A DNA stretch of 64,000 nucleotides from Dehalococcoidia bacterium (GTDB lineage Bacteria > Chloroflexota > Dehalococcoidia > UBA6926). Below are positions 54,827 through 64,000 of the stretch, piece after piece. The DNA lies in contig CAXXET010000006.1 of the NCBI GenBank assembly GCA_963666115.2, positions 520,574 to 584,573 on the forward strand, written 5' to 3'. The notes below the pieces were generated by a model. That model did no database searches. It was not told the origin of the DNA and was given only the letters and a program-made list of their open reading frames with translations. Position 1 is the first letter of the stretch. The number at the start of each line of letters is the position of its first letter. A program made the translations under genes and the position numbers.

Positions 54827-55609
54827 CTAGCGGTCTTCGCGGTTCCAGCGCGTTAGGCGGCGTTCAATGCCGTCAACCGCGTAGTAGACGCCCAGCCCAA
54901 GCAGGGCCATGGCGATGACGCCCGCGTACATCTCCTCGTATGCCAGCCGTCCCCACGACTCGACGAGGATGTAGTAGCCCAGGCCCTGCCGCGTGCCGAA
55001 GCTCTCCACGAAGAACAGCACCGCTATGGAGACGCCGGTGCTGAGCCGCAGCGCCGTGAAGAGGCCGGGCAGAGACGCCGGCACGAACACGTAGCGCATG
55101 AGCTGGAGCCGGTTCGCGCCGAGGGAGCGAACCGAGAGAATCAGTTCCGGGCGCACCGTTCGCACTTCGTCGCGCACGAGGATCAGTATCTGGAAGAAGA
55201 GGATGAGCGCGATCATCGTCACCTTGCTCGCGTCGCCCAGCCCCAAAAAGAGCAGGATGATCGGCAGCAGAACGATCTTGGGGATCGGGTAGCCGAGGTA
55301 GATGATCGGTGCTGAAAGGGCGTAGAGCCTGTTGTTCGTGCCCAGGATCAGACCCAGCGGCGCGGCGATGGCGATGGAGATGGCGATGGCCATGACGACG
55401 CGGTAGGCGCTGACCGCCGCATGTTCAAGCAAGCCCTCGTCAAGCTGCTCGATGAACGCCGCGATGACCGGCAGCGGGCCGGGCATGATGTTCGTGTCCA
55501 CGAGCCATGACACAACCTGCCATATGAGCAGGCCTGCCAGGACGACCGACGCGCCCCCGCCGAGGGTCGCGACGCGCGCCCGCGCCCGGCCAAGCGCCGA
55601 TTCCTTCAT
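54827..55609 (-). CDS. NitT/TauT-type ABC permease
   Basis: YPIPKI.LLP..LG; RSLGA..P..LP. Confidence 0.88.
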   Translation of the reverse strand: MKESALGRARARVATLGGGASVVLAGLLIWQVVSWLVDTNIMPGPLPVIAAFIEQLDEGLLEHAAVSAYRVVMAIAISIAIAAPLGLILGTNNRLYALSAPIIYLGYPIPKIVLLPIILLFLGLGDASKVTMIALILFFQILILVRDEVRTVRPELILSVRSLGANRLQLMRYVFVPASLPGLFTALRLSTGVSIAVLFFVESFGTRQGLGYYILVESWGRLAYEEMYAGVIAMALLGLGVYYAVDGIERRLTRWNREDR

Positions 55610-56379
55610 ACGGCGGCCGCGGCTTCCGGGTTGGTGTTGAGCCGCGCCCTCACGCCTGCGGCCAAGCTATGGAACTCAGCCGAGCCGACGTAGCCCTCGC
55701 GGCCCGCGCCGGGATTATCGATAATCGTTGGCGGGTCGCCTGAGCCGCCCCCCATGATGAGGATGCGGTTGCCCAGAGTCACCGCCTCGTTGATGTCATG
55801 GGTGATCAGGATCGCGCTCCTCCCCCGCGCAATGCCAAGTTCCAGCGCGAGCATTTGGAGCGATTCCCGCGTCAGGGCGTCAAGCGCGCTGAATGGCTCA
55901 TCCATGAGCAGAAGGGTAGGCGAGACGGCGAGCGTGCGGGCAATGGCGACGCGCTGCTTCTGCCCGCCGGAGAGCTGCCCCGGATACCGCCGCGCCAGCT
56001 CTCCCAGCCGCAGGCGGTCCAGCCAGGATTGGGCCTCCGCTCGCCACTCTCGGCCCGCGACGCCGCGCAGCCGCAGCCCCATCCCCACGTTGTTCAGCGC
56101 CGTCTCCCACGGCAGCAGCCCGTGATCCTGCAAGATCAGGCCGATGTCGCGGCGCGGGCCGTCGATGCGCTCTCCGGCGACTGTGACCTCGCCGCTGTCG
56201 GGCAGGCGCAGTCCGGCCAGGATGTACAGCAGCGTCGTCTTGCCGCATCCGGACGGGCCGATGATTGCCCACGATTCACCGGCGGACATCTCCCATGAGA
56301 ATCCCCGGAGAACCGCAGCGCCCCCGGGGTACGCGAAGGTCACGTCCCCGAGGGCGGCAATCGGCTTCTGTTCAGACAT
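55606..56379 (-). CDS. NitT/TauT-type ABC ATP-binding protein
   Basis: GPSGCGKTT, LSGGQKQR, MDEPFSALD. Confidence 0.92.
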   Translation of the reverse strand: MSEQKPIAALGDVTFAYPGGAAVLRGFSWEMSAGESWAIIGPSGCGKTTLLYILAGLRLPDSGEVTVAGERIDGPRRDIGLILQDHGLLPWETALNNVGMGLRLRGVAGREWRAEAQSWLDRLRLGELARRYPGQLSGGQKQRVAIARTLAVSPTLLLMDEPFSALDALTRESLQMLALELGIARGRSAILITHDINEAVTLGNRILIMGGGSGDPPTIIDNPGAGREGYVGSAEFHSLAAGVRARLNTNPEAAAAV

Positions 56380-56411
56380 GTCAGGCCGCGGGCATCCGGG
56401 CCGGATCATCC

Positions 56412-57431
56412 CTACGGAATGAATCGCGGATGAACCCAGCTGCCGTACTCCCGCGCCGCGTCAATCAGTCCCTTTTCCAGGAGCCAGTCTGACGCCTGCT
56501 GCGTTTCAGCCGCAGTTGGGACATTGTTGCTGGGGAACGGGGGCACCTGGAAGATTCCAACCAGGAATTCCGGCAGGCGGGCCTTCTCCGGCAGGAGGTA
56601 CGCGTACTGGTCCGGGTTCGCGTTGATTCGCCGGACGGCCTCCTCATGGATTTCCAGGAACTTCTTCACGTTGGCCTCGTGATCCGCCAGGTAATCGACG
56701 TTGAACTCAAGCACGCTCATGCCGAGTCGGCTTTCGCGGTCGTCGAGGATGACCGTGCCACCTGCGTTCACGGCGAGCGTGATGAGCGGCTCAGGCAGGA
56801 CGGCGGCGTCAAGCTGCCCCTGCGACAGCAGTTCCATGCGGACGGGGATTGCCGCGACCTCCGTCTTTTCGACGGCATCGCGAGCCAGGCCGGCCTCGTC
56901 CAGGTACAGGTCGAGATGGTATTCGATGAGGGAGTTGGTGGAGATGCCGACGCTCCTGCCCTCCAGGTCGGCGGGCGTTTCGATGCCGCTGTCCGCGCCT
57001 GCCACCAGCGCGATCATCGCCACGTCGGCGGTGGCGCGGTACGTGGTCTTGACTATCGAGACCTTGTGCTCCTCGCCGTTGATCAACCCCGTTGCGATGA
57101 GGTCTGCGAGCTGGCCGTCGATGGCGCCTGATTCAAGCGCCACGTTGCGCTCCAGCGCGCTGGTGAACGTCTCAAACTGCACGTTCAGGCCGGCGGCCTC
57201 GAACAGGCCCTCCTCCTCGGCAAGGTAGAACGGCACGCTGTCGATGATGGGCAGCAGTCCCACGCGGATGGGCGTGTCATCTATCGCCGGTGTTGGCGTG
57301 GGCGGCACGGGCGTCGCCGTCGGCACAGGCGTTGGCGTGTCTTCGGCGAACGCGTCGCACGCCATGCTCATAACCGCGGCGGCCACAAGCACGAGGCCGG
57401 CCAGCATAAAACCAAGTCGAGCAATCTTCAC
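56412..57431 (-). CDS. ABC substrate-binding lipoprotein (SsuA/NMT1-like)
   Basis: Lipobox MAC, PT linker, PFYLAEEEGLF, AAVLPEP. Confidence 0.85.
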   Translation of the reverse strand: MKIARLGFMLAGLVLVAAAVMSMACDAFAEDTPTPVPTATPVPPTPTPAIDDTPIRVGLLPIIDSVPFYLAEEEGLFEAAGLNVQFETFTSALERNVALESGAIDGQLADLIATGLINGEEHKVSIVKTTYRATADVAMIALVAGADSGIETPADLEGRSVGISTNSLIEYHLDLYLDEAGLARDAVEKTEVAAIPVRMELLSQGQLDAAVLPEPLITLAVNAGGTVILDDRESRLGMSVLEFNVDYLADHEANVKKFLEIHEEAVRRINANPDQYAYLLPEKARLPEFLVGIFQVPPFPSNNVPTAAETQQASDWLLEKGLIDAAREYGSWVHPRFIP

Positions 57432-58108
57432 GATCTTTCCTCCTCGCTAAACGAGTCTTCTGCTTCTTCTCCTGCTGAATCGTCTGCCGCCCCGCTGCCC
57501 GGCATCCCCTCGTACAGGAGGCCCCCGGGGAGAGGGAAGGCTGTCGGATCAATGGCGTTGAGCGCCCGCGCCGCGAAGTAATCGACGATGTCATCGACGG
57601 TGCGCGGTTTCAGGTAGAAGGCGGGGGCGGGCATGAGAATCGTTGCGCCAACCGCCGCCAGCTGCTGCATGTTTTCCAGGTGGATGGCGGACAGGGGCGA
57701 TTCACGGGGAATGAGAACCAGGGGGCGCCGCTCCTTGATAGTGACGTCCGCCGCGCGGCGCAGGAGGTTGTCGCCGAGGCCATGAGAGATGGCCGCCGCC
57801 GTTGCCATGCTGCACGCCGCCACGATCATGCCGCGCGTCGGGATTCCGCCGCTGGCTACCGGCGCGCCAAGCTGGTTGGACGTGTAGTAGGAAAAACATT
57901 CATTGGCCGACCACGCATCCAGCGCCCGTGAGAACGGCTCGTCCATCTCCTGCGCCCACACCTGCCGTCCGCCGGAGGTGATGGTGCAGACCACCGGCAC
58001 GTTGCGCTCCAGCAGGGTGTCGATAATGCGCTTTGCGATGGCTGCGCCGCTGCCGCCGGAGATGCCGACGATGACGGGCGGTTGGCCTTGCTGCGGTCTA
58101 TGCTGCAT
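57428..58108 (-). CDS. ubiX: Flavin prenyltransferase UbiX
   Basis: GISGGSG, ACSM, RAADVTIKERR..PRE.P, PAFY.KP. Confidence 0.92.
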   Translation of the reverse strand: MQHRPQQGQPPVIVGISGGSGAAIAKRIIDTLLERNVPVVCTITSGGRQVWAQEMDEPFSRALDAWSANECFSYYTSNQLGAPVASGGIPTRGMIVAACSMATAAAISHGLGDNLLRRAADVTIKERRPLVLIPRESPLSAIHLENMQQLAAVGATILMPAPAFYLKPRTVDDIVDYFAARALNAIDPTAFPLPGGLLYEGMPGSGAADDSAGEEAEDSFSEEERS

Positions 58109-59015
58109 ATCCGCTTCCCGGCCCTATCAGGACGGCAGCCGCCGTGAAGACGAATACGATGATGGCGATGACGCCGTTGATGTTGAAAAAGGCGATAGTG
58201 ACCCGGGAAAAATCGTCGGCCTTGACGAGCGAGTGTTCCCATGCAAGGAGGGCGGCTGCGATGGCAACGCCGATGTAGTAGGGCCACGCGAGACTCATCA
58301 TGACGCCAAGCACCACCAGGCAGACGATTGTCAGCAGGTGCGTGACGCGCGCCCACCGCAATGACGCGGCGATGCCCCACTTGACGGGGATGGTGTGAAT
58401 GTTGCGCGGGATGTCAAAGTCGCGATCCATGCACTGGTAGATGAGATCGAATCCGGCCACCCACGTCGTGACGGCCATCGCAAGAATTACAGCTTCGAGC
58501 GGCAGTTCGCCAGCGACACCGATCCAGCCGCCCGCCGGCGCGATGCCGTCCGCGAATCCAAGCCAATAATGCCCCGTCCAGGTGAATCGCTTGGCGTAGG
58601 AGTACGTGATGACAATGATGGCGGCGACGGGGGCGAGCATCAGCGCGAGCGTGTTCAGCATTGCGGCGGCAACGAAGAAGATGACCAGGCTGACGATCAA
58701 CATGCCAAGCATGTCCGACGGGCGGAGGAGCCTCTGGGGCAGCGCGCGCATGGCCGTTCGCGGGTTCTCCGCGTCCATCTCACGGTCGATGAGGCGGTTT
58801 GCGCTCATGGCGACGGTTCGCGCGGCGACCATTGCGACGGTGATCCAGATGAACTGTGAGAGCGTCGGCCAGCCGCCTGCCGCGAGAATCATGCCGAGGT
58901 AGGCGAACGGCAAGGCGAAGACGGAATGCTCGAACCGGATGGAATCGAGCATGATGCCGAGCCGTCCCATGTACGACCAGGGGCGGGGCAGGGGCGGTCG
59001 TCCAATGGAATCCAT
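58098..59015 (-). CDS. UbiA-family prenyltransferase (MqnP-like)
   Basis: IRFEHSVFALPF, NRLIDREMD.NPRT..R, GFDLIY..D. Confidence 0.9.
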   Translation of the reverse strand: MDSIGRPPLPRPWSYMGRLGIMLDSIRFEHSVFALPFAYLGMILAAGGWPTLSQFIWITVAMVAARTVAMSANRLIDREMDAENPRTAMRALPQRLLRPSDMLGMLIVSLVIFFVAAAMLNTLALMLAPVAAIIVITYSYAKRFTWTGHYWLGFADGIAPAGGWIGVAGELPLEAVILAMAVTTWVAGFDLIYQCMDRDFDIPRNIHTIPVKWGIAASLRWARVTHLLTIVCLVVLGVMMSLAWPYYIGVAIAAALLAWEHSLVKADDFSRVTIAFFNINGVIAIIVFVFTAAAVLIGPGSGYAA

Positions 59016-60496
59016 CAGATGCCGTATTCCTTCCAGCGCCGTGTTACCTGATCAACCATGGCCGGATCCATGGTGATGTCCGGCATCCATTGGCGCTCGC
59101 CCATCTCGCCCTCGCCGGACTTGCGCGTGGCATCGATGCCGATCTTGCTGCCGACGCGCGCCGTGGGTGAGGCAACGTCGAGATCGTCGATTGGGCCGTC
59201 GGCGAAGAAGATGTCACGCCGCGGGTCGACGTTGTTGGAGAGCCGCCAGACGATCTCGGACGGGTCGTGGATGTCCACGTCATCGTCGAAGACTGCGATG
59301 GCGCGCGGCCAACGACATCAGGCCGAGGCCCCCACATGCCGCTCACCGTCTTCTGCACGTGGCCGGGGTACTCCTTCTTGATTGAGACGAGCACGAGGTT
59401 GTGGAAGACGCCCTCGGCGGGCATGTGCACGTCCACGATCTCCGGCAGCATCAACCGCATCAAGGGGAGGAACAGGCGCTCCGTCGCGACGCCCATCCAA
59501 TAGTCCTCCTGCGGCGGGCGCCCCACGACGATGGTGGGGTAGATGGGGTTTGCGGCGGCGCGTTATGGCCGTGACGTGAAAGACGGGGTATTCATCCTGG
59601 ATGGAGTAGTAGCCGGTGTGGTCGCCGAACGGGCCTTCGGGGCGGCGCTCTGCGGGATCAACGTAGCCCTCCAGGATGTACTCGGCGTTCGCGGGCACGT
59701 CCAGATCGACGGTGACGCCCTTGACGACGGGCACGGGCGTGCCGCGCAGGAATCCGGCCAGCACGTACTCGCTGACGTCCGCAGGCAGCGGAGCTGACCC
59801 GGCCCAGATGAGGGTCGGATCGCCGCCGAGCGCCACCGCGACCTCCATGCGTTCCGCGCCGCGCTCCGCCGACGCCCGCTCATGCTGCGTGCCCAACCTT
59901 GTGCGTCTGCCAGTGCATGCCGGTTGTGTTCCTGTCGTAGACCTGCATCCGGTACATGCCAAGGTTGTGGACGCCGGTGTCGGGGGTCTTTCGTGATGAC
60001 GAGGGGCAGGGTGATGTAGCGGCCTGCGTCCTGCGGCCAGGTCTTGAGGATAGGCAGCGAGAGGAGATCGACCGTCGTCGCCCTCCATCACGACCTCCTG
60101 CGCCGGGGCGTCCTCGCGATCCACGCGGCGCGGGCCGATGCGGCCAAGCTTGACGAGGTCGCCCAGCATACGGAGCTTGCCCATCAGGCCTTCGGGCGGG
60201 CCGCCCTGCGCCATCGCCATCATCTTCTCGATGCTGGCGGGCAGCTCGTCCAGGCTCTCCACGCCGAGCGCCCACGCAACCCGCTGCTCAGTGCCGTACA
60301 GGTTGATCAGCGCCGGCGCGCCCTCGTACCCCTCCACGTTCTCGAACAGCAGGGCGGGGCCGCCCTCACGCAGGACGCGCTGGGTGATCTCCGTGATCTC
60401 CAGGTCCCACGTGACGGGCGCGGTGACGCGCCTGAGTTCGCCGCGCCCCTCCAGGAACGTGATGAACTCGCCGAGGTCTCGATAGTTCTGCGCCAT
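59015..60496 (-). pseudogene. UbiD-family decarboxylase (MqnL-like), split by several frameshifts
   Basis: Fragments: LEITEI..GPALLFE; NLGMYRMQVYD; EGPFGDHTGYY; GRPPQED; GSKIGIDATRK. Confidence 0.85.
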
Positions 60497-60499
60497 GGT

Positions 60500-61138
60500 C
60501 CAGTTGGCCCTCACGCTTGAAAGCAGAATCGACTTCAACTGCGGGGCGGCGGACGCGAGCGGGGACGGCTCGCCCCGTGTACAGCCACCGCAGGATGATT
60601 TCATTGAGCGCCCCCATCCACGCGTAGGAGGCGAGCGTTGTATCGAGCGGCGGTATGGAGCCGTCCGCGACGGCGGCGTCCAGCCGCTCGCGAATCAGGC
60701 CGGGCAAAGCGGTCCATGGAGCCGCAGCAGGGATTCATCGAACGCCGGGCCAAGCCCGACGCCGCTGGCCAGCAGCACCTTGGCGAGTTTCGCGTGGCCG
60801 GCGAACGTGTCCAGCGTCGATTCGATGACCGCGCCCGCCTTGTGCGCGCCGCTTTGCCTGCTTTCTATGGACTCGCGCGCATCGGACAGCAGCCTGTCCG
60901 CAAAGCGGTTGACGAGGGCGAAGAAGATCTCGCGCTTCCCGGGGAAATGGAAGTAGATTGCCGCCCTTGGAGCCGCCGGAGGCGGTGGCGATGTCATCGA
61001 CGCTCGCGCCGTGGTAGCCGGATTCGGCGAAGACCTGCGCCGCTGCCTCGAGGATGCGCTCCCGCGTGGCGGCCTTCGCGCCGCCGTTGCTGCCCGCGTC
61101 CTGCACGTGTTTGAGCGTTTGAGATTCTTGTCCTCCAT
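60500..61138 (-). pseudogene. TetR-family regulator, frameshifted (ends approximate)
   Basis: RERILEAAAQVFAESGYHGASVDDIA / IYFHFPGK / WMGALNEIILRWL in different frames. Confidence 0.75.
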
Positions 61139-61246
61139 GGGGAACCGACATGACCAGTCGGTCGGTGGCTGTTGCCAGTGTATGGGAGGGGGGGGTGGGG
61201 GGTCAATGGGGAGCGGGCTATGCGTCAGAGGGGCCGATTTCGTCGA

Positions 61247-61984
61247 TCAATTCAAGGGATTTCGCCGTATGTGCCTGGGCCGCCAATGAAATCCCATAGC
61301 TCCTGACCGATGAGAACCTGGCTTTTCATGTCCATCACCTGCTTGGTGACGGAATGGCCGTATCTCTCGCGTGTGAGATAAGGGTTGTAGGTGAGTCCCA
61401 GGAATGCTTGCGCGTTCCCAATCCCTCTCTCGCGCACGTATTGCTAGGTAGTAGAGGAGCTTTCTCTTCGACTCCGCCGCGATATCCAGGTTTGGCAAGG
61501 GTGTCTTTAGTTCCACGAAGAGCGGGCCTCCCGTAAAGTCACCGATGTGAAGGTCGGCGATGACGGAACGCCGGGATTGACCACCGCCGAGCGAGTTCAG
61601 AATTTCGCTCAGTTCCCTTTCATGATCGGGTCGTCTATCGACAGTTCGCTGGCGCGGGCCCGTCCTGAGGGTCGTTACGATCTCCTCAATCATGTTCACG
61701 GCGGCATCATTGATTGTTCCTGCGATTTCAAGCTCAAGATGGACGTCCGTGAACCTGTCGAGGGCGACTGCTTGAGCCAATTGTGGGTAAAGCACCGATC
61801 CCATCGCCGTTACAACGCTGCGTTCCGTGCGCGCTGCCCCCACCTGTGCCTCTGTGAAAAAGAGCCGATGAAACGGATATGCCAGCCGGATGTCGCCGAT
61901 TCCTTTCCGTGCAAGCTTTGTGTGTTGGTCGCTGATGAACGACCTGAACACTTCCCTTACCGCATCCTTGGTTTCAGAGCGCAT
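61247..61984 (-). CDS. Type II restriction endonuclease (TdeIII/MjaII-like), frameshift near 61440
   Basis: ADLHI..FVELKTPLPN; C-terminal YNPY..LIGQELWDFIGG..TY in an alternative frame (61252-61437). Confidence 0.7.
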   Translation of the reverse strand: MRSETKDAVREVFRSFISDQHTKLARKGIGDIRLAYPFHRLFFTEAQVGAARTERSVVTAMGSVLYPQLAQAVALDRFTDVHLELEIAGTINDAAVNMIEEIVTTLRTGPRQRTVDRRPDHERELSEILNSLGGGQSRRSVIADLHIGDFTGGPLFVELKTPLPNLDIAAESKRKLLYYLAIRARERDWERASIPGTHLQPLSHTREIRPFRHQAGDGHEKPGSHRSGAMGFHWRPRHIRRNPLN

Positions 61985-61988
61985 AGAA

Positions 61989-63218
61989 TTAGTCCCCGGC
62001 TTTCCACACTAGGATGCTTTCGAAGAAATCACCAGCGCGGCGGCCAGTTCGGCGGTTGACGTGCCGCTCAAGCCGGGTTTCCATTTCGAAGCCTGCTTGC
62101 TCTCGGATTGTGTCGTACAGGCCGAGCTTGTCGTTGACGACAACGACGACGCGCCCTCCCTTCGCCAGCCCCCGGCGAACGTTCGCAAATGACTGCGCCA
62201 TGTCGTTGACGTATGCCTCACGCGCCTTGATCGATGTGCCGGATGCTGCGGCGCCGATTTCCTTGTCTGCCTTCCATGGCAATCCGAGCAACTCGTATGA
62301 ATACCGGTGCTGCTCGTGATAATCGATCAGGCCGACGTATGGTGGGGACGTAATCACGAGGTCAAAGCGTGGGAACTCAACTGTGCGCGTGTCTCCCGTG
62401 ATGATGGACAGGGCCACATCCTTGCGCACGTCCGAAAACTCCCGGATGCGCCTGACTGTATCCAAGCTGTATCGCTGGAGGAACTGGGCGGCGTTCTGCG
62501 TGGGCGTGCAAATTCGCCCGTGCTTGTAGCAGTGGTACGGCTCAGTTTGGGGCTGCTTCGGGAAGTCAAGATCGAAGTGTGTCGTCAGTCTGGCCGAACG
62601 CGCGGCGCGCGACAATATGAGGCGCAGAGCATCGGAATAGCGATACTCGTGGATTAGGCGCTCGTAAGCCAGCAACGCCTTTAGCGCCTCTGGCGCGAAC
62701 CATGCCGTCAGGTAATCGCTGGGCTGGTATGGCGTGCGAGACTCGCTCAATTGAGGCTGGCTCGTATTCAATGATCGGTTCAGAATGTCATCGGTCTCGT
62801 ATTCCAGCACGTCCACGTCGTACTTGCCGGTCTTGACTGTTGTGACCAGGCTGTTGAACGACGATATATCGCACCCCACCGCGTTTATTCCGAGTGTTGC
62901 CGCCTCGACGAGAGTTGTACCGGAGCCGCTAAATGGGTCGCATACTGTTGTCGGCAGGAACTTCCGCAAGAAAATCTCGGCTATTTGAGGAACGAACTTG
63001 CCGAGGTAGGGGTGGAGGCTGTGGACGTGCTTGGTGCGGACGCGCTGGGGAAGGTCGCTCTCCGTCCAGTTGAGATTCAGCGCCGCCAGATCCGTGCCCT
63101 CAGCGATGGATTCAAAGTCTACGAACGGTCTCTCAACATATGTAGGGGAGTAGCCGAACGACGGCTTGGCCTCTATGGGCAAGCCCTCTTCCCTCGCCAA
63201 CTCCGTGACCACGTCCAT
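61989..63218 (-). CDS. N4-cytosine-type DNA methyltransferase
   Basis: HPYLGKF, DPFSGSGTT, TSPPY; adjacent to the REase. Confidence 0.88.
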   Translation of the reverse strand: MDVVTELAREEGLPIEAKPSFGYSPTYVERPFVDFESIAEGTDLAALNLNWTESDLPQRVRTKHVHSLHPYLGKFVPQIAEIFLRKFLPTTVCDPFSGSGTTLVEAATLGINAVGCDISSFNSLVTTVKTGKYDVDVLEYETDDILNRSLNTSQPQLSESRTPYQPSDYLTAWFAPEALKALLAYERLIHEYRYSDALRLILSRAARSARLTTHFDLDFPKQPQTEPYHCYKHGRICTPTQNAAQFLQRYSLDTVRRIREFSDVRKDVALSIITGDTRTVEFPRFDLVITSPPYVGLIDYHEQHRYSYELLGLPWKADKEIGAAASGTSIKAREAYVNDMAQSFANVRRGLAKGGRVVVVVNDKLGLYDTIREQAGFEMETRLERHVNRRTGRRAGDFFESILVWKAGD

Positions 63219-63293
63219 GTCTGACCGAACCCCCTCGCACTTCCCACGTGATGATAGAGTAACATAGTATCGACCTAACGTTCGGGGAACACA

Positions 63294-63581
63294 ATGACGA
63301 ACCGACGGAAAGGAGAATGTGTCGTGGATGTGGCCATGACGGACACCGAGCATTACAACTACGGACATGACCGGGGAAGCATCGCCGCGCATCTGAACGC
63401 GGCCATGTGGAACCTACAACGGGTCCAGGAGATACGTGAGTTCCTTGTGAACAGGATGGACGACGATGATACTCGGTACGATCACCCCGACCGGTTGGCC
63501 TTGGATGCCGTCGTTTCTGAGGTCAATGACGCGTTGCCCCTAATTCAAAAGGCGTATGACGCCAATCTGGAAGGCTACTAG
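63294..63581 (+). CDS. Hypothetical protein
   Basis: ORF with AAGGAG SD nearby; start uncertain. Confidence 0.5.
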   Translation: MTNRRKGECVVDVAMTDTEHYNYGHDRGSIAAHLNAAMWNLQRVQEIREFLVNRMDDDDTRYDHPDRLALDAVVSEVNDALPLIQKAYDANLEGY

Positions 63582-63619
63582 TCGCAGGGTTCTCACTTGC
63601 AACCGAACCGCCATTTGCC

Positions 63620-64000
63620 ATGACAACCAAGCGAAATTCCGAAGCCTCTCCGGAGGCCGTCATCAAGGCTACCGGCAAGGGGCCGGAGGAGTGGAACTCC
63701 GTTTTGGATGCGGCTGGGGCGCGAGAGATGACTCATAAGGAGATTGCGGCATTGCTCCGGGAGGAGCACGGCGTATCTCCGTGGTGGAGCCAGCACGTGA
63801 CTGTCGAGTATGAGCGGGCGCGCGGGATGCGGGAGCGGTATCAGACGACTCGCGGGTACCAGGTTAGCGTTAGCAAGACGGTGGCTGTGCCGCTCTCTGA
63901 ACTTTACGGCGCGTTCTCGGACATCGAACAGCGGGGGCGGTGGCTGGCGGAGGCGCCGATTACCGTTCGCAAGGACACGCCGGAGAAGACGACTCGCGCG
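63620..64000 (+). CDS. DUF4287-like protein (3' truncated by window)
   Basis: Manual translation MTTKRNSEASPEAVIKATGKGPEEW..HKEIA..HGVSPWWSQHVTVEYER.RG.R. Confidence 0.7.
   Translation, partial: MTTKRNSEASPEAVIKATGKGPEEWNSVLDAAGAREMTHKEIAALLREEHGVSPWWSQHVTVEYERARGMRERYQTTRGYQVSVSKTVAVPLSELYGAFSDIEQRGRWLAEAPITVRKDTPEKTTRA

Overview
GC-rich bacterial chromosomal window. Gene content suggests Chloroflexota (Dehalococcoidia/SAR202-like), possibly host- or sponge-associated; this is an inference from the LRR, Fn3/cadherin-like and Pro-Thr-linker surface proteins, the acyl-CoA catabolic paralogs and the many TA/RM genes. Housekeeping genes include fpg/nei, tRNA-Phe, tRNA-Gly, speD/speE, pcrA, an RNase D, tldD/pmbA, nth, argC, ABC transporters and a ubiD/ubiA/ubiX cluster. 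These are interleaved with single accessory genes (HEPN/PaREP1, two HicAB pairs, a RelE/HigA-type TA pair, a membrane HNH, PD-(D/E)XK proteins, an ATPase plus small partner, an MTase-HNH fusion, a type II RM pair), often next to short dispersed palindromic repeats. The most striking unexplained signals are non-coding. (1) A ~283-nt multi-hairpin RNA-like element (42203-42485, minus strand) is closed by a perfect 16-bp stem and lies directly upstream of an unannotated, very basic ORF with a strong SD that overlaps nth. (2) A compact ~125-nt small-RNA-like unit (24985-25145) has a perfect LexA-type box in its promoter spacer and its own terminator. Region ~59.3-61.5 kb has many frameshifts, most likely sequence errors. 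All functional calls come from motif recognition by eye; no searches were run.
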